In this document: one piece after another, positions 30,320-40,376 of the stretch
Numbering within the stretch: the stretch's first letter is position 1
Layout: each line of letters begins with the position of its first letter
Assembly: GCA_965367815.1 (NCBI GenBank)
Contig: CBDUKN010000015.1
Coordinates: 1-64,000, forward strand
Length of the DNA stretch: 64,000 nt
Direction: 5' to 3'
Source of the DNA: an uncultured Thermoprotei archaeon
GTDB lineage: Archaea > Thermoproteota > Thermoprotei > Thermofilales > B15-G2
Position numbers and translations under genes: made by a program
The notes under the pieces: model-generated
Databases searched by the model: none
What the model was told of the DNA's origin: nothing
What the model saw: only the letters and a program-made list of their open reading frames with translations

Positions 30320-30685
30320 TTAACCTCTAGTTTTTAACTTAGATCTAATACTTTCTAAAAATTTTTCAAGCGAAAAATCATAGAGAGGCTCTACTTTATT
30401 CTTCACATGTCTATGGTGAGGATAAGTTACTATATTTGGATGGTGAGGAGCATTATCCCAGCCTTCTATTATTTCTCCTTTTCTGCTTATCCAGTAGTAA
30501 CTATAAGCCTCTATTTTATTTTCCTTTACTATTTGACGTATATATACAGTGCTAAAATCAATTAAAACTATTTTTATCCTAATTATATGTAATTTCTCTT
30601 GACTAATTATCAGAAATTCTTCAATACTTAGAATTATATCGCTATATCTCCTTAATAATCTCTTTAAGTGTCTTTCTAAGTTCAC
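30320..30685 (-). CDS. DUF6516/TumE-like toxin
   Basis: YSYYW..GWDNAPHHP..PHHRH signature. Confidence 0.75.
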   Translation of the reverse strand: MNLERHLKRLLRRYSDIILSIEEFLIISQEKLHIIRIKIVLIDFSTVYIRQIVKENKIEAYSYYWISRKGEIIEGWDNAPHHPNIVTYPHHRHVKNKVEPLYDFSLEKFLESIRSKLKTRG

Positions 30686-30953
30686 GTAATTCCTCCTCTA
30701 TGTTCTCTTTAAGTTCTACTAATGACTTCCACTCGAACCATATCTCATGTTCTTCAAAACTATCTCCCATAGTTTTTTCAAAATGCTCGAGCTTCATTTT
30801 ATGCTCTTCTTCTAACCTATATATTTTCTTTTTTATTTCGTTTAATTCTCTTTCTAAATGCTCTATCTTATTTTCAATAGAAGTAATAATTGCTGCCTTC
30901 ACCACATCAGGATATTTTTTAGCTAACTGCACTAGTAAAGCTTCATTAGTCAT
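30642..30953 (-). CDS. putative cognate antitoxin (TumA-like, helical)
   Basis: Upstream of and overlapping the toxin; LEEEHKM..FE..EHEIWFEW pattern. Confidence 0.65.
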   Translation of the reverse strand: MTNEALLVQLAKKYPDVVKAAIITSIENKIEHLERELNEIKKKIYRLEEEHKMKLEHFEKTMGDSFEEHEIWFEWKSLVELKENIEEELRELRKTLKEIIKEI

Positions 30954-31038
30954 ATTTAATCAAGTATTTTTGGCAAGTTAGTTATATATAAGTCTCTTTG
31001 ACTTAGATAAAACACGGCAGCTCTCTTATGACCTTAAT

Positions 31039-31287
31039 TCAATCTTTTCTAAATAAGCTTAAGATAAAGTCTACTGCTAGCAGTATTAGAGGCACTAAGA
31101 GAAATAGTAACATGAGGTTTCTTGCTTTCTTCTCTTTTTCTTCTAAATACTTTCTGTAAAGGTTTTGGTCTAATACGAATGTATGTCCACATGAAGGGCA
31201 TGTAGCAATGCCATTACTCGGTACAGTTGCTAAACCAAATACGTAGTTACATGAAGGACATTTAACCCAGATAACTTCTCTTTCCAT
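31039..31287 (-). CDS. Zn-ribbon protein with a C-terminal membrane anchor
   Basis: CPSC..CPSC followed by a hydrophobic tail. Confidence 0.75.
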   Translation of the reverse strand: MEREVIWVKCPSCNYVFGLATVPSNGIATCPSCGHTFVLDQNLYRKYLEEKEKKARNLMLLFLLVPLILLAVDFILSLFRKD

Positions 31288-31390
31288 CTAAGTTACATAA
31301 GCCTAACTAGTATATTTGCTTAGTCCTAGTTTAATTAAAGTAGACTCCTTGTTCGTAAATTCTTTAAGTGTAATTATATATATCTGCTGA

Positions 31391-32243
31391 ATGATTAAGA
31401 GAGAGAGCCATTATTTTAGCTGTGGTAATTATTATAGGTGTTATTGCTGCCTATATTTTGTATGAAGAGAAAATTTGGTTCTAGTATTTCAGCTGGTGTA
31501 CGCGATATTTATGTAAACATTAATAGGTGGCTCGATAAGAGGCTTGAGGGGTGGAAGCCTGAGAAATTTAAGCCTATGATGTTTAATGGACATCGTATTC
31601 TTGCGTCTGAAAGAACTATACTTGCTGTCCCAATGGATGTTAAACTGAAGTTCCTTGATATACTTCTCGAACTCAATGTAGATTCTATCTCTTTTAATAT
31701 CTACCCTGAAGTCTGCAATATTTCTTACAGTGAATATGATGAGCTCAAGTACATTCAATAAAACTGAGTTTTCAAGAATACCTGAATATGGAGCTTAAGT
31801 ATACGAAGATTTTTATTGAGTGCTATAGGCAAGACTACTATTGTATTGTTGTTAAGCTGTCTACTATGATGAAGCGTATAGGCGCCAACTATAGTCTTAG
31901 CGAGTGGCTTAGCCGATAAAGTCGGCCCTCTACTCGACTACGTTAGGGAGCATGAAAAAGAAGCATGGATATAGGAAACATTGTGGCTTACACAGAAAGA
32001 TCCTCGGACCGAGAGAACCTTACATATGGTTTAGGGACTGTTATTGGCAAGATGTATGCACTAAGTGGATTAGAGTTACGGCTTACTTGGCTCAAAAACA
32101 TGGAGCTAAAACGATTTTACCTTTCTTTACTGAGCAATTTGTTTACTATAATAAGTGTTACGGTAAATGTATCGAAGACTAGGCAAAAGAAATTCTGGAA
32201 GCTGTTAGGCAGGAAAGAGCACTGTGTTGTTCTACGCATATAA
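31391..32243 (+). pseudogene. fragmented exported protein gene of unknown family
   Basis: Signal-like start near 31391 followed by several short protein-like fragments in different frames. Confidence 0.45.
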
Positions 32244-32312
32244 GAAAATTATAGGAGAAGTTAAAGGTCGACCTGGATTAGTGTTAAAAGCAGATTGAAC
32301 AGTTAGTATTTT

Positions 32313-33386
32313 GTGAATCCAGCTAAGTACAGAGATAATTTCTTGCGCGCTGTTGAATTCCGGTACCCAGACTGGATCCCTTGCAGTGTTGATATTGCTC
32401 CGCCTGTGTGGAAGAAGTACAGGGAGAGACTTGAAGAAGTAGTGTTGAAGTATAAGAGTATTTTTCCTTGGTTTAAGAAGGGTTCTGTTAACTATGATTG
32501 GGTTGGTCACAGAGTTAAAGGCACTATTTTCGTAGATGACTGGGGCTGTGTCTGGGCTTTTAGTGAAGATGGTCTTCAAGGCCAAGTAGTTAAACACCCT
32601 CTTAGCGACTGGAGTAAATTAAAGGAGCTTAAAGTTCCTGACCCAGATAAAGGCGTGTGCATAGAAGGAGGGCCCACGATTCCATGGGAAGAAATTGGAG
32701 AAAATGTTGAGAAGACTAGAAGGGAGGGAGGACTTGTAGTTATAGGGCTTTCTCACGGATTCTTTTTCCAGCTGCTCTACTACTTGAGAGGGTTCACTAA
32801 CTTAATGAAAGACTTTGTAACTAAGCCTCCTCAGCTCTATGAGTTAATTAAGTTAGTTGAAGAATACTACATGGAGCTTGTTAAGCGAGCTGTTAAGCTT
32901 AAACCCGATATTATTACTTTTGGAGACGACTTGGGTTGTCAAGACAGAATGCCTATTAGCCCTAAGACTTTTCGCGAATTCATTTACCCTACTTACAGAA
33001 AGCTATTTACCTATATACGTTCTCACGGAATACATGTCAGGCTTCACAGCGACGGTCATGTAGTAGAAGTATTAGATCAATTAGTAGAGACTGGCCTAAG
33101 TATAATTAATATACAAGATAGAGTTAATGGAATAAACAACATTAAGAGAATATGCAAGGGTAGAGTCTGCATAGACTTAGATATTGACCGCCAGTATCTT
33201 TTGCCGCGAGGAACTCTTTCTGAAATAAGAGAGCATATTAGGAACGCTATTATTGAGCTAGGGTCTAGAAGAGGAGGACTTATGTTTACTGCCGGAGTAT
33301 ATCAAGATGTTCCTTTAGAAAATATAGATGCCTTATGCAGAGCTCTAGAAGAGCTTAGAACTTTGCATAAGACCCTTCCTTACTAG
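32313..33386 (+). CDS. uroporphyrinogen decarboxylase/MtaA-CmuA methyltransferase-like protein
   Basis: DDWG, LRGF, GDDLG, SPKTFREF, HSDG and IDRQ motifs. Confidence 0.85.
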   Translation: MNPAKYRDNFLRAVEFRYPDWIPCSVDIAPPVWKKYRERLEEVVLKYKSIFPWFKKGSVNYDWVGHRVKGTIFVDDWGCVWAFSEDGLQGQVVKHPLSDWSKLKELKVPDPDKGVCIEGGPTIPWEEIGENVEKTRREGGLVVIGLSHGFFFQLLYYLRGFTNLMKDFVTKPPQLYELIKLVEEYYMELVKRAVKLKPDIITFGDDLGCQDRMPISPKTFREFIYPTYRKLFTYIRSHGIHVRLHSDGHVVEVLDQLVETGLSIINIQDRVNGINNIKRICKGRVCIDLDIDRQYLLPRGTLSEIREHIRNAIIELGSRRGGLMFTAGVYQDVPLENIDALCRALEELRTLHKTLPY

Positions 33387-33551
33387 AAAAATTGTGTATA
33401 TTATGAATTTTAATTAAAATGCTTTATATATAATTTGATATATTTGATTTATTTCTTGGAGAATTAACGAAGTTTACGCGCGCCTACTTTAGTCTACGTT
33501 TCCCTACTCCTAGACAGAGTTAAATTCTGGCGAACTAGGGTCTATGCAGAT

Positions 33552-34586
33552 ATGCGGAAAGAAGCTGTTGTTGCAGATAATTTGACTAAGGTGTTTATAA
33601 CGAAGGAAAGGAAAGGGCTGTTTAAGAGGAGTTCTAAAAAGAAGATAGTAGCTGTAGATCACGTCTCATTTGAAGTGCGTAGAGGAGAAATTTTCGGGCT
33701 TCTCGGACCTAATGGTGCTGGCAAAACTACTACTATTAAGATTTTATCTACGCTTCTTCTACCCGATGAAGGTGAAGCCTGGGTTAATGGCTACCATGTC
33801 GTAAAGGAGGCTGATAGAGTTAGAGCAACTATAGGTGTTAGTCTTTATAGTGATAGAGGTTTTTACTGGAAGCTTACAGGTAGAGAAAACTTAAGGTATT
33901 TTGCATACCTTCATCATATTCCTCCGCGGGAAGCCGAGAGGAAAATTAATGAGCTTTTAGAGCTAGTTGGACTAAAGGAGCATGCCGACAAGCTTGTCGA
34001 AGAATACAGTACTGGAATGAAGTCTAAGCTTAATTTCGCTAGAGCTCTCTTAAATGACCCTGAGACACTGTTTCTTGACGAGCCTACAATAGGCCTTGAT
34101 CCTGCGTCGGCTAGGACTATACGTGAAGTAATTAAGAGGCTTAGCCGCGAGGACAAGACAATATTTCTTACTACACACAACATGGAGGAAGCCGATTTTC
34201 TGTGCGACCGTATAGCTATCATAAATAGAGGTAAGATAGTTGCTATAGGTACTCCTCGCGAGCTCAAAGAGAAGATTAGAGACAAGAATATTGTGGAAAT
34301 AGAGGCTGTTAACTTAACTGACAGTGTTGTAGAGGAAATTAAGGGACTTGAAGGCGTAGAGTATGTTTCAGTGACTTTAAGTGATCCAGCTAGCTTTAAG
34401 GGAACTATGCGTGTTACTTTCAACGGGACTTTTGACGAGTGCCTGCCAGATCTACTTAAAGTTCTCGTGGAGTCTAATGTGAGGCTTCTTTACGTGAAGC
34501 CTAGTGAGCCTAGTCTTGAAGACGTGTTTATTGCTTTAACGGGGGTGAGTTTCTATGAGGAACATACTAAGGGCTCTGAGAAATAA
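33552..34586 (+). CDS. DrrA-like ABC exporter ATP-binding protein
   Basis: [30 protein letters not shown]. Confidence 0.95.
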   Translation: MRKEAVVADNLTKVFITKERKGLFKRSSKKKIVAVDHVSFEVRRGEIFGLLGPNGAGKTTTIKILSTLLLPDEGEAWVNGYHVVKEADRVRATIGVSLYSDRGFYWKLTGRENLRYFAYLHHIPPREAERKINELLELVGLKEHADKLVEEYSTGMKSKLNFARALLNDPETLFLDEPTIGLDPASARTIREVIKRLSREDKTIFLTTHNMEEADFLCDRIAIINRGKIVAIGTPRELKEKIRDKNIVEIEAVNLTDSVVEEIKGLEGVEYVSVTLSDPASFKGTMRVTFNGTFDECLPDLLKVLVESNVRLLYVKPSEPSLEDVFIALTGVSFYEEHTKGSEK

Positions 34587-35400
34587 CCTGTTAGTAGTCT
34601 ACGCAGTCTACGTCAAGGAAATGAAGATCTGGCTGCGCTATCCCTCGTGGATCTTCGTCTTCATTACGCTTCCTTATACGCTTACGGGGCTGTTTTATGG
34701 CGTAGGCTATGCTATTGCGGGAGGGAAAGCTTTCGATAATTTTGCACAGAATACTGGAGTAAGAGATCCTCTCTTATACTACTTACTTGGCTCAATGATT
34801 CTTCTAGTAGCAATGATCATCATGGAAGACATGGGCGCTAGCATAAGATCTGAGCAAATGAGAGGTACTTTTGAGCTACATTATCTTTCGCCAGCAAATA
34901 AGCTTTTGTTGTGGACTTCTTACGTTCTTCCACATGGAACTATCTCATTCATAGTAATGGCGATTGCCCTTACTCCGCCGCTGCTCTGGGAGGCTAAGTC
35001 GCTGGACATCCTGTCTGCACTGTGGACAATAGTACTACTACTTATAGGAATGCTTCCTCTCTACGGTATAGGCTTGATAACTGCTTCACTTACAATAAGG
35101 TTCAAAGAACCATGGTCTATTGTAAACATAATTAAAGCTTTTATTTCCGTGTGCTCAGGTTTTCTGTACCCGCTGACTATTCTTCCTGAGTGGCTTCAAG
35201 TTGTTTCAAAAACTATTCCTACATCATATCTCATAGATCTACTTCGCGATGTTCTATTGTTTAATAAGAAGATCATGCTAGAGGACTTTCGTTTATCAGC
35301 ATTAATTCTGACAAGCCTCTTTTATCTTGCTTTAGGCTTTGGAGTTTACTTGAGGTGGGAAAACTATGCCCGTAAGACAGGAGATCTCTCTAAGTACTAA
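34555..35400 (+). CDS. ABC-2 permease
   Basis: EQMRGTFE and SGFLYPLTILP. Confidence 0.9.
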   Translation: MRNILRALRNNLLVVYAVYVKEMKIWLRYPSWIFVFITLPYTLTGLFYGVGYAIAGGKAFDNFAQNTGVRDPLLYYLLGSMILLVAMIIMEDMGASIRSEQMRGTFELHYLSPANKLLLWTSYVLPHGTISFIVMAIALTPPLLWEAKSLDILSALWTIVLLLIGMLPLYGIGLITASLTIRFKEPWSIVNIIKAFISVCSGFLYPLTILPEWLQVVSKTIPTSYLIDLLRDVLLFNKKIMLEDFRLSALILTSLFYLALGFGVYLRWENYARKTGDLSKY

Positions 35401-36205
35401 AATTAAAGAAATCGCTTTAGAGCTCTACGCAGCTGCCTATAACGGTATTAGAACCTACTTTAGATACCCCATGTGGATAATATCCGATTTAATTACGTCT
35501 CCTCTCTGGCTACTCCTATTCATTATACCAATGCTACTCTTTCTGCCTCCCGAGAAGTGGAGTGATCCTACTACGTATCAGTATTTTTACTGGGGCATGA
35601 TATTCTTAGATGTAATAAGTATGGCTTTGTGGAGCTTTGGAAGCGCTATTAGATGGGAGCAGCAGGCAGGAACTCTCGAATACCTTTACTTAACTAACGC
35701 CAGTAGACTAGTCTTGTTCGCTACAAGAATGTGCTCTAGGCTAATTAGCTTCACTATGAGTGCCCTTTACTTAGCGCTACTAATGACAGTAATGTTCGGC
35801 GCCCAGATAAAAGTAGCAGACCCCCTCCTACTCCTACTCTCTCTGTTTTTATCACTATTCACTGCCCTAGGCTTCGGGGCAATCTACGCGGCGCTTGTAC
35901 TTAAGCTAAAGCAAGTAGGTCCTCTCAACAATATACTGCAATACGTTTTAATTGGAGTAAGCGGAATATTTTTTCCAGTAGACCGACTTCCTTTAGAGCT
36001 GAAAGTTCTAGCATACTTATCGCCTTTCACTTACTGCGTAGACTTAGTGCGGGCCGCCGCAATGAAAACTACTACAATTATGCCTCTGTGGCACGAATTA
36101 GCTTTAATAGTTCTCTTAGCTGTTTTAATGAACTTTATTGGAATGAAAATACTCGGCTATATCGAAGCCACTGTAAAGAAAACAGGAAAGCTCGGAGTAT
36201 ACTGA
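35366..36205 (+). CDS. ABC-2 permease
   Basis: EQQAGTLE and SGIFFPV..SPFTY. Confidence 0.9.
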   Translation: MPVRQEISLSTKIKEIALELYAAAYNGIRTYFRYPMWIISDLITSPLWLLLFIIPMLLFLPPEKWSDPTTYQYFYWGMIFLDVISMALWSFGSAIRWEQQAGTLEYLYLTNASRLVLFATRMCSRLISFTMSALYLALLMTVMFGAQIKVADPLLLLLSLFLSLFTALGFGAIYAALVLKLKQVGPLNNILQYVLIGVSGIFFPVDRLPLELKVLAYLSPFTYCVDLVRAAAMKTTTIMPLWHELALIVLLAVLMNFIGMKILGYIEATVKKTGKLGVY

Positions 36206-36266
36206 AGTGTAAAACCGTCTTTCTTTTTAAGTTATCGAAATAAAGAGCCTTAGGCAAGTATTTAGG

Positions 36267-36842
36267 TTACTCTAGGACTAAGACTTCATATTTGTCTATG
36301 CTGGAGACTTTTACTCTGTATACTCCATTCTCGTATTCTACAGTAAATTTTCTCCCTGTCAAAGGGGGTACGCTCTACTGAATTCTCCTTCTCTTATAAC
36401 TACAGAGAGATCGGTTAACGGCACTACTGACGACGAGGGATGTACGCTTTCTGCAGTACTGGCCCATCCTCTAGTTATCGCAGTATTTCCTCTCATTATT
36501 AGTCTCCTGTCGTTAAGTCAAGTTCAGAAGATGCACTATTATCTGACCGCTTCTCTCATAGGCTTCTACCTGTATGAGTCCAGGTCCCCTGACTTCTAGC
36601 GGTGGAGGACCACCTGACCACAATACTGAGTTGACTATAAGTGTCTCTAGATCAGGCATTCCTGTTCTCCAGTAAATTCTGCCTACTTGCCCCGAGAAAT
36701 ATACTATGTGCGCTTCTTCTCTAACTATTACGGCTGGTGCATCGAGTTCTGCTCCAGGCTGAGGCGGGGACCGGCCATTCTCATATTCGTATCCGAAGAC
36801 TATTCCCGGCGCTACGACTCTAGCTAAAGCTTCTGCTTTCAT
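36267..36842 (-). pseudogene. C-terminal remnant of a glycoside hydrolase-associated protein (beta-galactosidase trimerisation-like tail)
   Basis: IVYF..IVNSVLW..IIVHLLN fragment, with further frameshifted fragments ending KVSSIDKYEVLVLE* at 36267. Confidence 0.5.
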
Positions 36843-36975
36843 TGAGTAACGAGACTAAAGAAACTCCAGTGAAAAATTAAAGTCATCACTATTTACGTGA
36901 CTCACAACCAAGTAGAAGTAGTACTCGGCCTAAATCAGCTCCATGTATTCGACAAAGCCTCAGAAAAGCTCTCTT

Positions 36976-37236
36976 CTAAACTTTATTAAATTTATTTAAA
37001 TTCCACGTTAATTCAAATCTATTATTGTCTATAGTCTTTAAAACAACATACTCTTTTTCCAGTAGCTCCTCTACAACGAGAGCAGCGAGCTCAGCTAGTT
37101 TTACATCGTCAGACACACTCCTTTTACTGCCTTTAAGCCGACACTTTTTCCTCTCTTCAAGCACGATTTTAAGAGCCTGTCTCAAATCCTCCCAAGACCT
37201 ATTTTTAACAACATTTTTCCACACGAGCTCCATCAA
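36976..37236 (-). CDS. small hypothetical protein co-transcribed with a nucleotidyltransferase
   Basis: 86 aa, starts 6 nt after the upstream stop codon. Confidence 0.6.
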   Translation of the reverse strand: MMELVWKNVVKNRSWEDLRQALKIVLEERKKCRLKGSKRSVSDDVKLAELAALVVEELLEKEYVVLKTIDNNRFELTWNLNKFNKV

Positions 37237-37242
37237 AATACT

Positions 37243-37911
37243 TCACCTTATTCCCAGTGCTTTCAAGCACTCTTCAAGCTTATCTAAAACATCTTCATCT
37301 CTCGCCCTTTTATATAGGTACTCTATATCTAACTTGTTCCAGTAAACTTTAACTAAAATAAAAGCCTTACTTCTATCCTCGTCAGACATCCAATACTTCC
37401 ATGCACACAAATACTTTACTACAAGCTCTTCTACAGACTCCAAATACACTTTAAATGAGCTAATTTTCAAGACATTGGGCTCTTTAGCTTCAATAAAACT
37501 TCTACCAACAATATCCACTCCTTTAGTAGCAAGAGGCTTAAGTTTAGGTATAAGCACTCTTCCTTCTTCTTCACATATTTCTTTTAAAAACTCTCTAACT
37601 ACAGTTGCTGAGTTCTCTCCTTCAACAATTATATCTACATCGAGAGTCCTATAAGTAGCACCAGTATAGACTTCTACAGCAAAACCTCCGACTATAATAA
37701 TTCTACCTAAACTTCTTTCTTCAAGCCTAGTATTAAGCCAGGCCAAGAAATACAGGAATCTTGAAGTCTCGTCTTTTATACTACTCATCCTAGGCAATAT
37801 TTTGCTAAAAAATTCTTTTTTAAGCTCTTCTATAAGTAAATTCACTATGGTAAGTATTTTTCTCAAATTTATTTTTCTTTCGTTAAAGTAATTAAGCAGA
37901 AACCCTAACAC
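37243..37911 (-). CDS. Pol-beta-like nucleotidyltransferase (DUF6036/AbiEii-like)
   Basis: IVGGFAV..YRTLDVD motif; real start probably downstream of the track start. Confidence 0.75.
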   Translation of the reverse strand: MLGFLLNYFNERKINLRKILTIVNLLIEELKKEFFSKILPRMSSIKDETSRFLYFLAWLNTRLEERSLGRIIIVGGFAVEVYTGATYRTLDVDIIVEGENSATVVREFLKEICEEEGRVLIPKLKPLATKGVDIVGRSFIEAKEPNVLKISSFKVYLESVEELVVKYLCAWKYWMSDEDRSKAFILVKVYWNKLDIEYLYKRARDEDVLDKLEECLKALGIR

Positions 37912-37920
37912 TATACGAAA

Positions 37921-38304
37921 ATGCCTAGTAAAAGAGAGCTACAAATATCTTTAAGCGAGCTCTTAAAGGACATGGAGCTAGACTCAATAGTAGTGCTTGT
38001 TGAGGGAGCACACGACTGTATATTCTTGAGGAGAGCCGGTTTCAATGGAGTAGTAATAGAGGTTTCACGAAAACCTATAATAGATCTCGCTTACCGGCTG
38101 ATGGAAAAGTACCGCAATCACACAATAGTTATTTTAACCGACTTTGACGAGCAAGGAGAAAAGAAAGCTAAAAGACTCTCCGGTATACTAAGTGAACTAG
38201 GCTTAAAAATTAACCATAGGTATAGAAAAGAGGTAAGAAAAATAGCTAGAGAGCTAGGAGTTAAAACTATTGAAGGCTTAGCTAGACTCTACAGTAGGCT
38301 TTAA
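37921..38304 (+). CDS. small Toprim-domain protein (UPF0292-like)
   Basis: VLVEGAHD and ILTDFDEQG. Confidence 0.85.
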   Translation: MPSKRELQISLSELLKDMELDSIVVLVEGAHDCIFLRRAGFNGVVIEVSRKPIIDLAYRLMEKYRNHTIVILTDFDEQGEKKAKRLSGILSELGLKINHRYRKEVRKIARELGVKTIEGLARLYSRL

Positions 38305-40119
38305 ATGCTTCAAGTAGGCTTCAGTTTTCCTTTCTAAAATACCTGCAATAGGACATATTCTGGCGCAGTTTCCGCATGTCGAGCACTTACTTAAATCTAT
38401 TAAAAGGCTTCTACCCCTGAAACTAATGCTCTTACTATAGCATACTTGTACACAAGCCTTACACGCTATGCAGTAGTTAGCCATACCATAGGCTTGAGCA
38501 ATTTTCTTCAGAAACTCTAGCAATTCTTTTTGAGGACCTCTTAACTCTATTTTGCTACCCGCTAGTACTCCGCTACACTTCCTATAAGAAATCATATTTC
38601 CCTTAGTCTTCACTTTAAGCACAGTTAATATATTCTTGAATGAACTAGAAGGCTTGCTTCTAAAAACAATTGCTGCTGTTTTCTCGGAGACAATTAAAGC
38701 TGCTATTTCTTTAATATTTTTCTCAGCCACTTTAGTTAAATTTAAGCCAATTCTTCTAGCTGTCTGCCAGGCATGAGGAGGGTATTTATATAGCCACCTC
38801 CACAAGCCGTAGTCAACCCACTTCAAGTCAATGTTTTTCTCTCTGCAATACTTCTTTAGCTTATTGACCCACCAAATATAACGCTCTCTGTAAAACTCTT
38901 CTATTTTCTTAAAGTCTACTGAATGCATTGTAGGGCACATAAAGCACCCTATTCGCACTAATCCCCTCGAGTAAAGCGGATTAACCTCGATTTTATTCAA
39001 GTAGAGGTAAGCGTAGACATCTAGCGTAGTCCAGTCAAGTATAGGTGACGCAATATACTTTACTCTACCAGGAGTACTTGACTTAGCGAAATATCCCGCA
39101 CGAGCTCTTTTTGGAGACTCATATTTTCTCTGTCCAGTAATAGAAACTACATCTGTCAGCGGATATTTTTTCGCAAGAAATTCATTTAAGGGAAGTATCT
39201 TGAGAACCAAAGTACACCACCGGTTGTCTCTAGCAGGAGGCCCGTGTCTCCTAAATATTTTCTCGAAGAGACTCCAGTCCGCCACTACTTCATGTACTTC
39301 AGCCCCTATCTTCGCTCCAATTCGTCTAGAATACTCAAGAGATTCCGCAAACTCTAGTCCAGTATTGCTTGTAACAGCTTCGCATATCCCTGCTTCACAA
39401 GCAATAGACAAAGTGACAGTACTGTCTTTTCCACCTGAGAAATTAACTATAGGCTTTAACCCTCCCTTAAAACAATACTTCTCAATAATCTTAATGGCTT
39501 TCTCTTTAAGAGACTCTACTCTACTTGAAAGGTACTCGAAGATCTCCGCAATATTTCGTTTCTCGGGAAACTCTATACTTTCTCTAGCCCAAGTTTCTTC
39601 CACAAATACTTTGTCTGCAGTTAAGTAAAGTACGCCAAAAGTTTTTTCAGCAACAAAGGGCACATACGCTTCTCCTTCCGGCAAATTTCCTCCGATAATG
39701 TCTGCCCTGCTTAAACAGCTCCCTTTAGGATAATCATCTTTAAGCTCAGCGTAGTATCCTAACTTTTCTTCAGCAATAAGCCCCGCTACACTGCCCCAAG
39801 GCTTAATAATAAAATCTCTCTCAACACAGTCGTATTCCAGTACAAAGCCCCTTTCTCCCCCAACAACAACTTCGTCAACTGAGTCTAGATGATATATTCT
39901 GTTGAGTAAAATAGGCTCTACTAGAACCTTGCCATAGTCTTTAACTCCAAGTTTCTCTTTTAGAAGTTTCTTTATCAATTCCACGTCGCCTTGTACTGCA
40001 GGTCTTGGATCATAAGGTGGACTAATATTTAGCGGCAGAGACTTCTCTCTACAAGAAGGACAGTAGCTAGTGAAAACCGGCAAATTACATCTACGACACC
40101 ACTTCAATTCCGGCTTCAC
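38278..40119 (-). CDS. PAPS reductase family protein with a C-terminal 4Fe-4S ferredoxin domain
   Basis: N-terminal CxxC..CxxC, FSGGKDS PP-loop, RWC, RIGCFMCP, two CxxCxxCxxxC motifs. Confidence 0.9.
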   Translation of the reverse strand: MKPELKWCRRCNLPVFTSYCPSCREKSLPLNISPPYDPRPAVQGDVELIKKLLKEKLGVKDYGKVLVEPILLNRIYHLDSVDEVVVGGERGFVLEYDCVERDFIIKPWGSVAGLIAEEKLGYYAELKDDYPKGSCLSRADIIGGNLPEGEAYVPFVAEKTFGVLYLTADKVFVEETWARESIEFPEKRNIAEIFEYLSSRVESLKEKAIKIIEKYCFKGGLKPIVNFSGGKDSTVTLSIACEAGICEAVTSNTGLEFAESLEYSRRIGAKIGAEVHEVVADWSLFEKIFRRHGPPARDNRWCTLVLKILPLNEFLAKKYPLTDVVSITGQRKYESPKRARAGYFAKSSTPGRVKYIASPILDWTTLDVYAYLYLNKIEVNPLYSRGLVRIGCFMCPTMHSVDFKKIEEFYRERYIWWVNKLKKYCREKNIDLKWVDYGLWRWLYKYPPHAWQTARRIGLNLTKVAEKNIKEIAALIVSEKTAAIVFRSKPSSSFKNILTVLKVKTKGNMISYRKCSGVLAGSKIELRGPQKELLEFLKKIAQAYGMANYCIACKACVQVCYSKSISFRGRSLLIDLSKCSTCGNCARICPIAGILERKTEAYLKHLKPTVESS

Positions 40120-40148
40120 GAGAATTCAGCCTCAACACAACTTAACTT

Positions 40149-40208
40149 AGCCTCAGGGGGTAGGGGCATGCCTCATACCTCGGTGGCTGCGGCTCCCTCT
40201 TCATCGGC
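40149..40208 (-). ncRNA. box C/D 2'-O-methylation guide sRNA
   Basis: Minus strand: GCC-G-ATGAAGA (C) GGGAGCCGCAGCCA CCGA (D') GGT ATGAGG (C') CATGCCCCTACCCC CTGA (D)-GGC, with a GCC/GGC terminal stem. Confidence 0.8.
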
Positions 40209-40376
40209 ATTAATTTTATCCAGTAAAGCTAGATTAGTTTTACTCTTCGAGAAGACCCGCGGTTCATAGGAATGCTATGTTTAAAGGAAACTATGTTACC
40301 TATCTTACATATATAATCTACCTTAAAGGAAGAAAGAGAACCAAAGTATTTATGGCAGAAAGTAATCCCTCCCAGA

